Shown piece after piece: positions 55,424 through 64,000 of a stretch of 64,000 nucleotides of DNA (its first letter is position 1; each line of letters starts with the position of its first letter). The stretch is taken from contig OY970303.1 of NCBI GenBank assembly GCA_963716255.1, positions 4,992,001-5,056,000 of the forward strand, given 5' to 3'. The DNA is from an uncultured Gemmatimonadales bacterium. Its GTDB lineage: Bacteria; Gemmatimonadota; Gemmatimonadetes; Longimicrobiales; Longimicrobiaceae. The notes below the pieces were generated by a model. That model searched no databases. It was not told where the DNA came from and saw only the letters and a program-made list of their open reading frames with translations. The translations under genes and the position numbers were made by a program.

Positions 55424-58400
55424 TCAGGCTCCCCCGTGGTCGCGAGCGGCCGGCCACACGAACCGGAACACGGATCCCTCGCCCGGTGCCGATTCGACCC
55501 ACACCCTGCCGCCGCGGCTCTCCACCAGCTTCTTCACGATGGAAAGCCCGATGCCGGTGCTCTCCACCCGGTCTCGCGGCTCCAGCGTCTGGAACACCGC
55601 GAAGATCCGCTCGTGGAACTCGGGCGCGATCCCCGGGCCGTGGTCGCGCACGGCGAACTCCCACTCCCGCTCCGCCGTTCGCCGAGCCGAAACCTCCACC
55701 CGGGCCTCGGCCTCGCCGCCGTACTTGACGGCGTTCCCGATCAGGTTCATCAGCACCTGCTGAAGCGGCAGCCGCTCGGTGGTGAGGACCGGCATCCCCT
55801 CCTGCACCGCCACCTCGGCGCCCCCGGGAAGCGCGAGCAGATCGACCACTTCGCGGGCCAGCGCTCCCGTGTCCACGCGCTCCGCGCCCTCCCGCACCCG
55901 CCCGGCCCGCGAGTACTCCAGGATCCCGTCGATCAGCCCCTCCATCCGCAACACGCGGCCGCGCAGGAGCTCGAGGTGCTCCTTCACCTCCGGCCCGGCG
56001 GCGTCGCCCAAGTCCTCCTCGATCCAGCTGGAGATGTTGGAGATCCCCCGGAGCGGCGCCTTGAGGTCGTGGCTGGCGACGTAGGCGAACTGGTCCAGCT
56101 CGCGGTTGCTCGCCTCCAGCGCCCCCGCCAGGCGGGCCAGCTCCTCCGCCTTCCGCTCCACCTCCTTGCGCGCCCACACCTGGTCGGTGACGTCCACCGC
56201 GTGCACCAGGACGTCGCGCCCGCGGGGCCCCTCGCCCGCCAGGGGCCGCCAGACCAGGTTCCAGTAGCTGTCCTCGAGGACGCCCGTTCCCCACCGGTCG
56301 AGGGGCACGTTCACCTCCGGGTCCCAGTACGGCTCGCCCGTCTCGTACACCCGGTCCAGCAGCTCGAAGAGTCCCGATTCCCCGAACTCCGGGAACACGT
56401 CCCGGAAGGGCCGCCCGAGCGCGCCCGGCTTGCCCACGGTCCGCTCCCAGGTGGGGTTGACCATCGTGACGACGTGCTCCGGACCCGTGTAGAGCGCCAT
56501 CACCGCGGGCGACTCCGAGAAGATCTGCTCCAGGCGCGCGCGCCCGACCTTCAGCTCCCGGATCAGCTCCTCGCGCTCCTGCTGGGCGAGCTTCTCGTCG
56601 TCGATGTCGTCGATGACGACCAGGCCGCCGGTGAGCCCGCCGCGCGCGTCCTTGACGGGCGCGCCGGTGATCCGCACCCAGGCGCGGGTCCCGTCCCCAC
56701 GCTGGTAGAGGTACTCGTCTGGGCCGGCGACGTCGCCGGTGGCGAAGACGCGCGCCAGCGGGTATTCGTGCGCATCGACCTGACGCCCGTCCGGGTGGAA
56801 CGCGACCCAGTCGCGGTACCGGTCCACGCTGTCGGACTGGAGCACCGGGTGCCGGAAGATCTCCTCCACCCGCCGGTTCCCCGTCACGATGCGGCCGGTG
56901 GGCGCCTCGGCGATGACGATCCCGACGGGCGCATGGTCGATCACCGCCGCCAGGTGCGCCCGCTCCCGCGCCGCGTCATCGCTCGCCTGCCGGAGGTCCT
57001 CGTTGGCGGTCTGGAGCTCCTCGTTGGAGAGCTCCAGCTCGACCTGCACCTCCTCCAGGCGCAGCGCCTGCAGCACCAGCTCCTCCTTCTGCGCTTCCAG
57101 CTCGCCGGCCTGCTCCTCGACCAGCCGCCGCGCCTCGACCTGGTCGGTCACGTCCACGCCGTGGGCGAGGATCCCGGAGACGGCTCCACCGGCGCCGGCG
57201 AGCGGCCGGTACACGAAGTTGAGGAACCTCTCCACCGGCTCTCCCCCCGGCTCGCACTGGAGGAGGATGGGCATCTCGGTGCCGACGAAGGGCTCGCCGG
57301 AGCGGTAGACGCCGTCCAGCAGCCCGGTGAAGCCCTGCTCGACCACTTCGGGAAGCGCCTCCCTCACGGGCCTGCCGAGGATCTCCCGGTGGCCCACCAG
57401 CTGGTAGTACGGCGGGTTCGCCATCTCGAAGACGTGCTCCGGCCCGCGCAGCGTGGCGATGAACGCCGGCGACTCCTGGAACACCGTCGCCAGGCGGGAG
57501 CGCTCCAGCTCCAGCTCGGCCAGGAGCTGGTCCCGCTCCCGCTCTGCGTGGTCGCGGTCGATGGCGACGGCGATCCCGTCGGCGACGGCACCCAGCACGC
57601 CGAGCGTGCGCTCGTGCAGCGGCTGCCGCGCGAACATGGCCATCACCCCCAGGGTGCGGCCCTCCACCACCAGCGGGTACCCGGCGAAGGCCACCATCCC
57701 CTCCCGGCGCGCCCACTCCTTGTCGCTGACCCGCGGATCGTCGGGCACGTCGTTGGTCAGGTGCGGCCGCTGCTCCTCCGCGATCCTGCCGATCTTGTAC
57801 GCGCCCACCGGCACCCGTCCGTGGGGGCCGTCCAGGTGCGTGTACATCCCCGCGCTGGCCCGCAGCTCCAGCACCTGCTCGGCGTCGATCAGCGTCCACA
57901 CCCGCGCGAACGCGGCGTCCAAGTGCTCGACCATCGCCTCGGCGCACCGGTGCAGGATCGCCCGGAGAGAGCCGCCCTGGGTGAGCGCGGTACCCACCTC
58001 CACCGAGAGCGCCGCCTCACGGTCGCGGAAGCGCGCTTCCTCGCGCTCCCGCTTCTCCTCGGTGACGTCGCGCACCTCGATGATGGTGCCGACGGCCCTG
58101 TCGCCTTCCAGGACGGGGCTGGCGGTGAACGCCACCGGGTAGAAGTGCCCGTCCTTGTGGACGAAGACCTCCTCGCCCTGCTCCCGCATGTTCCGGGGGA
58201 AGGCCTGGTCAATAGGGCATTCCTCCAGCGGATAGGGCGTGCCGTCAGGGCGGGTGTGGTGCACGTACCGGTGGAGCGGCTCGCCCTGCAGCTCCTCCAG
58301 CGTGAACCCGGTCAGCCGCTCCGCCGCCCGGTTCATGTAGGTGCACCGCTGGCGCTCATCCATGATGAAGAGCGCCAGCGTCGCGTTTTCCGCCACCGTC

Positions 58401-58474
58401 TCCAGCTGACGGCGGTAGCGGTCGGCGTCCGTCGGCGCGGGGTGGGCCGGCGGCTCGAGGTCTGCTTGCATCAT
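55424..58474 (-). CDS. PAS-GAF-PAS-PAS-PAS sensor histidine kinase (Cph1-type HisKA)
   Basis: FAYVASHDLKAPLRGI, NLIGNAVKY, DHGPGI, STGIGLSI, multiple PAS units and one GAF. Confidence 0.92.
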   Translation of the reverse strand: MMQADLEPPAHPAPTDADRYRRQLETVAENATLALFIMDERQRCTYMNRAAERLTGFTLEELQGEPLHRYVHHTRPDGTPYPLEECPIDQAFPRNMREQGEEVFVHKDGHFYPVAFTASPVLEGDRAVGTIIEVRDVTEEKREREEARFRDREAALSVEVGTALTQGGSLRAILHRCAEAMVEHLDAAFARVWTLIDAEQVLELRASAGMYTHLDGPHGRVPVGAYKIGRIAEEQRPHLTNDVPDDPRVSDKEWARREGMVAFAGYPLVVEGRTLGVMAMFARQPLHERTLGVLGAVADGIAVAIDRDHAERERDQLLAELELERSRLATVFQESPAFIATLRGPEHVFEMANPPYYQLVGHREILGRPVREALPEVVEQGFTGLLDGVYRSGEPFVGTEMPILLQCEPGGEPVERFLNFVYRPLAGAGGAVSGILAHGVDVTDQVEARRLVEEQAGELEAQKEELVLQALRLEEVQVELELSNEELQTANEDLRQASDDAARERAHLAAVIDHAPVGIVIAEAPTGRIVTGNRRVEEIFRHPVLQSDSVDRYRDWVAFHPDGRQVDAHEYPLARVFATGDVAGPDEYLYQRGDGTRAWVRITGAPVKDARGGLTGGLVVIDDIDDEKLAQQEREELIRELKVGRARLEQIFSESPAVMALYTGPEHVVTMVNPTWERTVGKPGALGRPFRDVFPEFGESGLFELLDRVYETGEPYWDPEVNVPLDRWGTGVLEDSYWNLVWRPLAGEGPRGRDVLVHAVDVTDQVWARKEVERKAEELARLAGALEASNRELDQFAYVASHDLKAPLRGISNISSWIEEDLGDAAGPEVKEHLELLRGRVLRMEGLIDGILEYSRAGRVREGAERVDTGALAREVVDLLALPGGAEVAVQEGMPVLTTERLPLQQVLMNLIGNAVKYGGEAEARVEVSARRTAEREWEFAVRDHGPGIAPEFHERIFAVFQTLEPRDRVESTGIGLSIVKKLVESRGGRVWVESAPGEGSVFRFVWPAARDHGGA

Positions 58475-58575
58475 TCGCTGGAAGTCACGTGTACGGCATC
58501 GGCCTGCGGCGCGGCCCGCGGGTGTGCAACAATCGCTCCCCCATGCCGGCCGCCGCACCATCCGTTTGCACTCCA

Positions 58576-58685
58576 CTAGTGTAGTGCCGCTCAAGTTCCG
58601 TGCTGATTCAGATGCCAGAACCGCGGTCCTGCGTGCGAATCACGACTAAACGAAGCGACACGAGACTTCGGAGTCACTACACTAG
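58576..58685. mobile_element. 110-bp MITE-like or internally deleted IS remnant
   Basis: Terminal inverted repeats CTAGTGTAGTGccgctcAAGT and CTAGTGTAGTGactccgAAGT (17/21; first 11 bp perfect). No ORF inside. Confidence 0.6.
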
Positions 58686-58915
58686 CCTCGCGCGCCGGCG
58701 GCCTCCCACGCACCCGCCACCGCGAAGAACAGATGTTGCAGTAGAAGACAACATACTCGTAACGCACGCCCTCCCGCCGGGTTCGATTGTGGAGAGCGTA
58801 CCGTCGTGCCCGCCGGGCCGGAGGCACCCTCTCGGGTGGTGTTTCCACCGGGCGCGCACGGACGATCGGTGCAGCGCCGCTCCGGCGCCGCCGCCCTCCC
58901 ATTACGTGCAGCCCG

Positions 58916-59302
58916 ATGCCGAAGACGGTCCTGCTGGTCGAAGACAACGTGGACAACCGGACGATCTACCGTACGATCCTGGAGTTCGGGGGCTATACCC
59001 TCATCGAGGCGGTGGACGGCGAGGCCGCGCTCCGGCAGGCCCGGGAGGGCCGTCCGGACCTGATCCTGATGGACATCTCGATCCCGCTCGTGGACGGCTG
59101 GGAGGTTACCCGGACCCTCAAGGCGGATCCGCTCACGTCGGGGATCCCCGTGATCGCGCTGACGGCGCACGCCCTCGCGGAGGACCGGAGGCGGGCAGAG
59201 GAGGTGGGGTGCGACGGCTACCTGGCGAAGCCCGTCGAGCCCCGGCGGGTGATGCAGGAAGTCGAGCGCTTCCTGGGCCCGGCGCGCGGCCTGGTGACGT
59301 AG
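58916..59302 (+). CDS. Single-domain response regulator (DivK-like)
   Basis: VLLVEDN, PDLILMDISIP, IALTAHA, GCDGYLAKP. Confidence 0.92.
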   Translation: MPKTVLLVEDNVDNRTIYRTILEFGGYTLIEAVDGEAALRQAREGRPDLILMDISIPLVDGWEVTRTLKADPLTSGIPVIALTAHALAEDRRRAEEVGCDGYLAKPVEPRRVMQEVERFLGPARGLVT

Positions 59303-59359
59303 GACGGATTTCCCCAGCGGAGTGAGACGCGCGCTGCGGCCAGCCGGGCCGCATGCCGG

Positions 59360-60547
59360 ATGAACGAACAGACCAGGATCGAGATGACCAACGCAGCGAT
59401 CGCGCTCTCCCGCCGGTCGGGCTCCGACGCGGGCGAGGAGCTGGGGGCCGGCATCCTGGAGCAGCTCGGGGGCGCGTCACCCGACGCGCTCATCGTCTTC
59501 GCCTCGCCCGACCAGGACCACGCGGCGCTCCTGCAGGCGCTCACGTCCGCGTGCCGGCCCGGAGTGCTGGTGGGCTGCTCCTCGGCGGGCGAGTTCACCA
59601 GCGAGGACGCCGGCGTGGGGATGACCTGCGCGGTGGCGCTGGCGGCTCCCGAGATGCGCTTCGCCGCGGCCCTGGGAAGAGGGCTGCGGGCGGACCGCGC
59701 CGCCGCGGCGGAGCAGCTGGTCGCCGGCTTCCGGGGGCTGCAGACCCCGGGCTACCGCCACCACGCAGCCCTGGTGCTCACGGACGCGCTGGCGGGGTTC
59801 GCGGACGACCTCGTGGACCGGCTGAGCCTGCTCACCGGCGGCGTCTACCGCTTCTTCGGCGGGGGCGCGGGCGACGACGCCCGCTTCGAGCACACGGTGG
59901 TGTTCTTCGGCACCGAGGTGGTGAGCGACGCCGCGGTCGCGCTCGAGATCCTCTCGAACAAGCCGATCGGGGTGGGCGTGCGCCACGGCTGGGCGCCGGG
60001 CGGGGAGCCGATGCGCGTCACCGCGGCGGAGGGGATGAGGCTGGGGAGCCTGAACGCCGTGTCGGCCGTGGAGGTCTTCGACGCGCACGCCTCCGCCACG
60101 GGGCAGAGCTTCGACCACGGGGAGCCCGTCCCCTTCTTCCTGCACAACGTGCTCGGGGTGGAGTCGGCGGAGGGCTACCGGCTGCGGGTGCCGCTGGCCG
60201 TCGGGGAGGACGGCTCCATCGCCTGCGCCGCGGACGTCCCCGCCGGCGGTGCCGCCTGCATCATGACCACCACCCCGGCCTCGGCCGCGGAGGCCGCGGC
60301 CGAAGCCACGCGCATGGCGCTCGGGCAGATGGAGGGGAACGAAGCCGCGGTGGCGCTGGTCTTCGACTGCGTCGCCACCCGGCTGCGGCTGGGGCAGGAG
60401 TTCGGAGTCGAGCTCGCCGCGGTCCAGCGGGAGCTGGGCGGCGTTCCGCTGGCCGGCTTCAACACCTACGGCCAGGTCGCGCAGGCGGAGGGCCAGTTCA
60501 GCGGCTTCCACAACTGCACGGCGGTGGTGTGCACCATCCCCCGGTAG
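59360..60547 (+). CDS. FIST N/C domain signal transduction protein
   Basis: VGCSSAGEF, FGGGAGD, HGWAP, FDCVATR, LAGFNTYGQ, FHNCT. Confidence 0.92.
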   Translation: MNEQTRIEMTNAAIALSRRSGSDAGEELGAGILEQLGGASPDALIVFASPDQDHAALLQALTSACRPGVLVGCSSAGEFTSEDAGVGMTCAVALAAPEMRFAAALGRGLRADRAAAAEQLVAGFRGLQTPGYRHHAALVLTDALAGFADDLVDRLSLLTGGVYRFFGGGAGDDARFEHTVVFFGTEVVSDAAVALEILSNKPIGVGVRHGWAPGGEPMRVTAAEGMRLGSLNAVSAVEVFDAHASATGQSFDHGEPVPFFLHNVLGVESAEGYRLRVPLAVGEDGSIACAADVPAGGAACIMTTTPASAAEAAAEATRMALGQMEGNEAAVALVFDCVATRLRLGQEFGVELAAVQRELGGVPLAGFNTYGQVAQAEGQFSGFHNCTAVVCTIPR

Positions 60548-62562
60548 GCCTGGACGCCGGGACCGCCGAGCTCCTGGAGCGGGTGGGGGAGCTCGCGGAG
60601 CCGGGGCGCCGGCAGGAAGCTGCCGCCGCGCTGGCGCGCCTGCTGGGCGCGGAGGGCCTGCTGCTCTTCGCGCCCGACCCCGAGATGGGCGTGCCGCTCC
60701 CGGCGCCGGGCCTCTCCCAGGTCCTGCGCGGAGCGGGGGAGTGGCGCGCGTTCCTGGGGGTGTGCGCCCGCCAGGGCGACCTCTCGGGGACCGTTCCCGG
60801 ACCGGATGGAGCGCCTGCCCCCGTGCGCGGATGCGCCCTGCCGGACGGGACCGCCGCGGTCCTGGTCCGGCCCGGTCCCGGCGCCACCGGACCGGGGCCG
60901 CTCCGGCCCCTCCTCCCGCTCCTGGGCGCGCTCTTCCGCGCGGAGCGGCAGGTCGCCGCGGACGAGGTCCGCGCCCGCTCGGCGGCGGAGGTCGTCGAGC
61001 GGGCGCGCGTGCTGACCCGGGCTCTCCAGGAGATGCGGCAGCGGCTGGAGGGCGCCCTGGTGGAAGCCGAAGACGCTCGGGCGGAAGCGAAGCGGCGGGC
61101 CGAAGAGGCCGAGCTCCTCGCCGTGGAGCTCCAGGCGCAGGCGGACCAGCTCCAGGAGCAGACGGTCGAGCTGGAGCTGCTGAACGACGAGCTCGCCACT
61201 CGCACCGAGGAGGCGGAGCGGGCGCGCGCCGCCGCGGACGAGGCGAACCGGGCGAAGTCGCAGTTCCTCGCCAACATGAGCCATGAGCTCCGCACACCCA
61301 TCAACGCCGTCATGGGCTACGCGGAGCTGCTCAGCATGGGCATCACCGGTCCGGTGACGGGGGAGCAGCAGGCCCAGCTGGAGCGGATCCGGGCCAGCAG
61401 CGCGCACCTGCTCGGCCTGATCAACGACATTCTCGACCTGTCAAAGGTGGAGGCGGGCCAGATGACGGTCGCGCACGAGCCCGGGTCCGTGAGGGAGGTC
61501 GTGGCCGAGGCGGTGGCCCTCGTCGAGGTGCAGGCGGAGGCGGGGCGGCTCACGCTGGCGAACGAGTGCAGGGATCCCGGGGCGACCTACGTGGGCGACC
61601 GGGACCGGGTGCGCCAGGTCCTGGTGAACCTCCTTTCCAACGCGGTGAAGTTCACGGAGCCCGGCGGCAGGGTGACGGTCCGGGTGGGCACGACGGAGCA
61701 CGCGGAGGCGACCACCCAGGTCGCCGGGGAAGGGCCGTGGACGTTCGTCGAGGTGGAGGACACCGGGATCGGGATGGCCGCCGACCAGCTCGCGCGGATC
61801 TTCCAGCCCTTCGTGCAGGCGGAGTCGGGCCACACCCGCACGCGGGGCGGCACGGGGCTGGGGCTCACCATCAGCCGGCAGCTCGCCCGCCTGATGGGGG
61901 GAGACCTCGCCGTGCGGAGCGTGGAGGGCCGGGGTTCCACCTTCACGCTGTGGCTCCCCGCCGCGTCGCCGGAGACCGGATCGCTCGACCCGGTCCTCCG
62001 GGTCGGAGCCGCGGCCGGGGTGGAGCCATGGCCGGCCGGGCTCGCCAGGGTGGGGGCGATCCTGCAGGCGGAGCTCCCGTCGATCACGGCGGCGGTCGCG
62101 CATCGTGTCCGGACCGAGATCCCGGCTGGCCGCCGGAACGAGGGCGAGCTCCTAGACCACGCCCCCGTGTTCGTCGCGGAGGTCGCCGCCATCCTGGTGA
62201 AGCTGGGCCGGTCCGGAGGGGATCCCTCGCTCCTGCGGGAAGGCAGCGACGTGCAGCGGCTGCTCGCCGACAAGCTCGGCGCCGCGCGTGGGCGCCAGGG
62301 ATGGCCCGCCGAAGCGGTCCAGCGGGAGTTGGAGATCCTGAGGGAGGAGCTGGTCAGGACGGTGCGGGCCTCCATGAAAGGATCGTCCGACCTGGACCCG
62401 GAAGGAGTGATCCGCGTGCTGGACCGGCTGGTCCAGGCTTCGCAGCGCACGAGCCTGGGGAGCCATGGTGCCGCCGCGGCCGGCGCCCCCGTGGACCCCG
62501 GCCGGGCAGAGCTCCGGCCGCTCCCCACGGATGTACCCCAGCAGACACACCATGTCGACTGA
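60529..62562 (+). CDS. Histidine kinase with a degenerate N-terminal sensor and a C-terminal RsbRD_N-like helical extension
   Basis: MSHELRTPI, NLLSNAVKF, DTGIGM, GTGLGLTI, then a helical tail (GAARGRQGW..EAVQRELEILREEL). Likely GTG start at 60529 overlaps the FIST gene end. Confidence 0.85.
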   Translation: MHHPPVGLDAGTAELLERVGELAEPGRRQEAAAALARLLGAEGLLLFAPDPEMGVPLPAPGLSQVLRGAGEWRAFLGVCARQGDLSGTVPGPDGAPAPVRGCALPDGTAAVLVRPGPGATGPGPLRPLLPLLGALFRAERQVAADEVRARSAAEVVERARVLTRALQEMRQRLEGALVEAEDARAEAKRRAEEAELLAVELQAQADQLQEQTVELELLNDELATRTEEAERARAAADEANRAKSQFLANMSHELRTPINAVMGYAELLSMGITGPVTGEQQAQLERIRASSAHLLGLINDILDLSKVEAGQMTVAHEPGSVREVVAEAVALVEVQAEAGRLTLANECRDPGATYVGDRDRVRQVLVNLLSNAVKFTEPGGRVTVRVGTTEHAEATTQVAGEGPWTFVEVEDTGIGMAADQLARIFQPFVQAESGHTRTRGGTGLGLTISRQLARLMGGDLAVRSVEGRGSTFTLWLPAASPETGSLDPVLRVGAAAGVEPWPAGLARVGAILQAELPSITAAVAHRVRTEIPAGRRNEGELLDHAPVFVAEVAAILVKLGRSGGDPSLLREGSDVQRLLADKLGAARGRQGWPAEAVQRELEILREELVRTVRASMKGSSDLDPEGVIRVLDRLVQASQRTSLGSHGAAAAGAPVDPGRAELRPLPTDVPQQTHHVD

Positions 62563-64000
62563 GACGGCCTCCGCCGCGGCGGATCTCTTCGCGGGACCGG
62601 GCGAGATGCGCGTCCTCTGCCGCGGTTTCGACTGGGCGGCGACGCTCCTGGGGCCCGTGGAGGGCTGGTCCCCGACGCTGCGCGTGGCCGTGCAGATGGT
62701 CCTCGGCAGCGGTCTTCCGCAGGTCGTGCTATGGGGCAGGGGGCTCGTCCAGGTCTACAACGACGCCTACGCGGAGCTGATCCGGGCCAAGCACCCGGCG
62801 GCGCTCGCGCAGGGCAACCTGGAGACCTGGCCGGAGCTCACGCACGTCAACGCCCCGATCTACGACCGGGTCTTCCGCGGGGAGACGGTGACCTTCGAGG
62901 ACGCGCTCTACCCGCTGGACCGCGACGAGGTGGTCGAGGACGTCTACCTCACCATCTCCTACAGCCCGGTCCGCGACCCGGGCGGGAGCATCGTGGGCAT
63001 GCTGGCCGCAATGGTGGAGACCACCCGGGACGTGGCGCTGCGGGCGCTGCAGGCCGAGCGCGAACGGCTGTACCGCGAGCTGGAGACCGAGCGCGGCCGG
63101 CTGGCGACGGTGTTCCAGGTGGCCCCCGCCTTCATCGCCACCGTGCGTGGGCCGGAGCACGTCGTGGAGATGGCGAACCCCCCCTACTACCAGCTCGTCG
63201 GGCACCGGGAGCTGATCGGCCGGACCGTGCGGGAAGCCCTGCCGGAGGTGGAGGGGCAGGGATTCATCGAGCTGCTGGACGCCGTCTACCGCTCCGGCGA
63301 GCCGTTCGTGGGGAACGAGATGCGGATCCTCCTCCAGCGCGAGCCCGGAGGCGAGCTGGAGGAGCGGTTCGTCAACTTCGTCTACCAGCCGCTCCCGGAC
63401 GCATCGGGCGCGGTGTCGGGGATCCTCGCCCACGGCGTGGACGTGACGGAGCTGGTGGAGGCCCGCAGGAAGGCTCAGGAGCAGGCGGTGGAGCTCGAGG
63501 CCCAGGCGGAGGAGCTTCGCGACCAGGCGGCCGAGCTCGAGGAGATGCAGGCCGAGCTGGAGGTCGCCAACGCCGACCTCGCCCAGGCCAACCTCGACCT
63601 CGAGGGACGCGCCGACCAGGCGGAACAGGCGCTGCGGGAGGCGGAGGAGGCGAAGCTCGCCCTCGGCGCGTTCCACGACGTGGCGCCGCTGCCCACGGCG
63701 CTCGTCGACCGGGACCTCCGGTACGTGCGCGCCAACGACGCCCTGGCGGCGTTCTACGGCCTGCGGCCGGAGGAGCTGGTCGGCAGGACGATCCGCGAGG
63801 TCATCCCGCGATACGCCGATCGCGTGGAGCCGCTCTACCGCCAGGTGTTCGAGACCGGCGAGCCCATCCGGAACGTGGAGATGGTGGTGCCCGGCCGGGC
63901 CGATCCCGCGGACCCGCGCGCCGTGCTCCTCAACTACTTCCCCGTGCGGGACAGCAGCGGGGCGGTCACCGGAGTCGGGTTCATCGGCCTGGACGTGACG
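62552..64000 (+). CDS. Multi-PAS sensor protein, probably a histidine kinase (runs off window end)
   Basis: ATG 62552, GEMRVLCRGFDWAATLLGPVEGWSPTLR...YNDAY, followed by further PAS units and a coiled coil. Confidence 0.88.
   Translation, partial: MSTETASAAADLFAGPGEMRVLCRGFDWAATLLGPVEGWSPTLRVAVQMVLGSGLPQVVLWGRGLVQVYNDAYAELIRAKHPAALAQGNLETWPELTHVNAPIYDRVFRGETVTFEDALYPLDRDEVVEDVYLTISYSPVRDPGGSIVGMLAAMVETTRDVALRALQAERERLYRELETERGRLATVFQVAPAFIATVRGPEHVVEMANPPYYQLVGHRELIGRTVREALPEVEGQGFIELLDAVYRSGEPFVGNEMRILLQREPGGELEERFVNFVYQPLPDASGAVSGILAHGVDVTELVEARRKAQEQAVELEAQAEELRDQAAELEEMQAELEVANADLAQANLDLEGRADQAEQALREAEEAKLALGAFHDVAPLPTALVDRDLRYVRANDALAAFYGLRPEELVGRTIREVIPRYADRVEPLYRQVFETGEPIRNVEMVVPGRADPADPRAVLLNYFPVRDSSGAVTGVGFIGLDVT

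Noticed and set aside
54467..58579. 1370-aa plus-strand ORF
   Set aside because: Antisense to the kinase and two response regulators.
59353..60528. N-terminal extension making the kinase 1069 aa
   Set aside because: It overlaps the FIST gene in another frame and translates as low-complexity sequence; the start is more likely GTG 60529.

Overview
High-GC bacterial window (about 70% by eye). The gene repertoire suggests a Gemmatimonadota, possibly Longimicrobium-like; this is inference only. Family assignments come from motif recognition, not database searches. No rRNA, tRNA or CRISPR array was seen. Five blocks: (1) 0-4.8 kb: partial GT2 glycosyltransferase, VIT1/CCC1 transporter, a lipoprotein, a mosaic of four gene fragments and an intact IS630. 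(2) 4.8-17.6 kb, minus strand: a potassium-uptake regulon with kdpE, a DUF4118-GAF-kinase, kup, a lipoprotein, an unannotated 38-aa membrane peptide, kdpFABC, a TorF-like porin, a stand-alone KdpD N-terminal/Usp protein and a degenerate pseudo-kinase. Two pairs of 18-bp candidate KdpE boxes precede kup and the kdp operon. (3) 18.3-33.2 kb, plus strand: a tightly coupled seven-gene operon encoding a DNase I-like EEP protein, a 1444-aa DUF6603 protein, three conserved hypothetical proteins (451, 299 and about 1228 aa), a tail-collar/fibre-like protein and an APH-like kinase. No sheath, tube or baseplate genes are present. This is the best candidate for an undescribed system, possibly a fibre-targeted toxin complex. 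It is followed by rhuM and a probable helicase relic. (4) 36-51.5 kb: ion and osmotic homeostasis genes (K+ channel, MarR with a two-copy palindromic operator, OtsA with a Lys-to-Met change, Csp3, DAACS symporter, CLC, CPA2-Usp-EIIA, a DUF5985 pair and three wHTH paralogs). (5) 51.7-64 kb: a dense PAS/GAF histidine kinase, response regulator and FIST cluster containing a long hairpin and a 110-bp MITE-like element.
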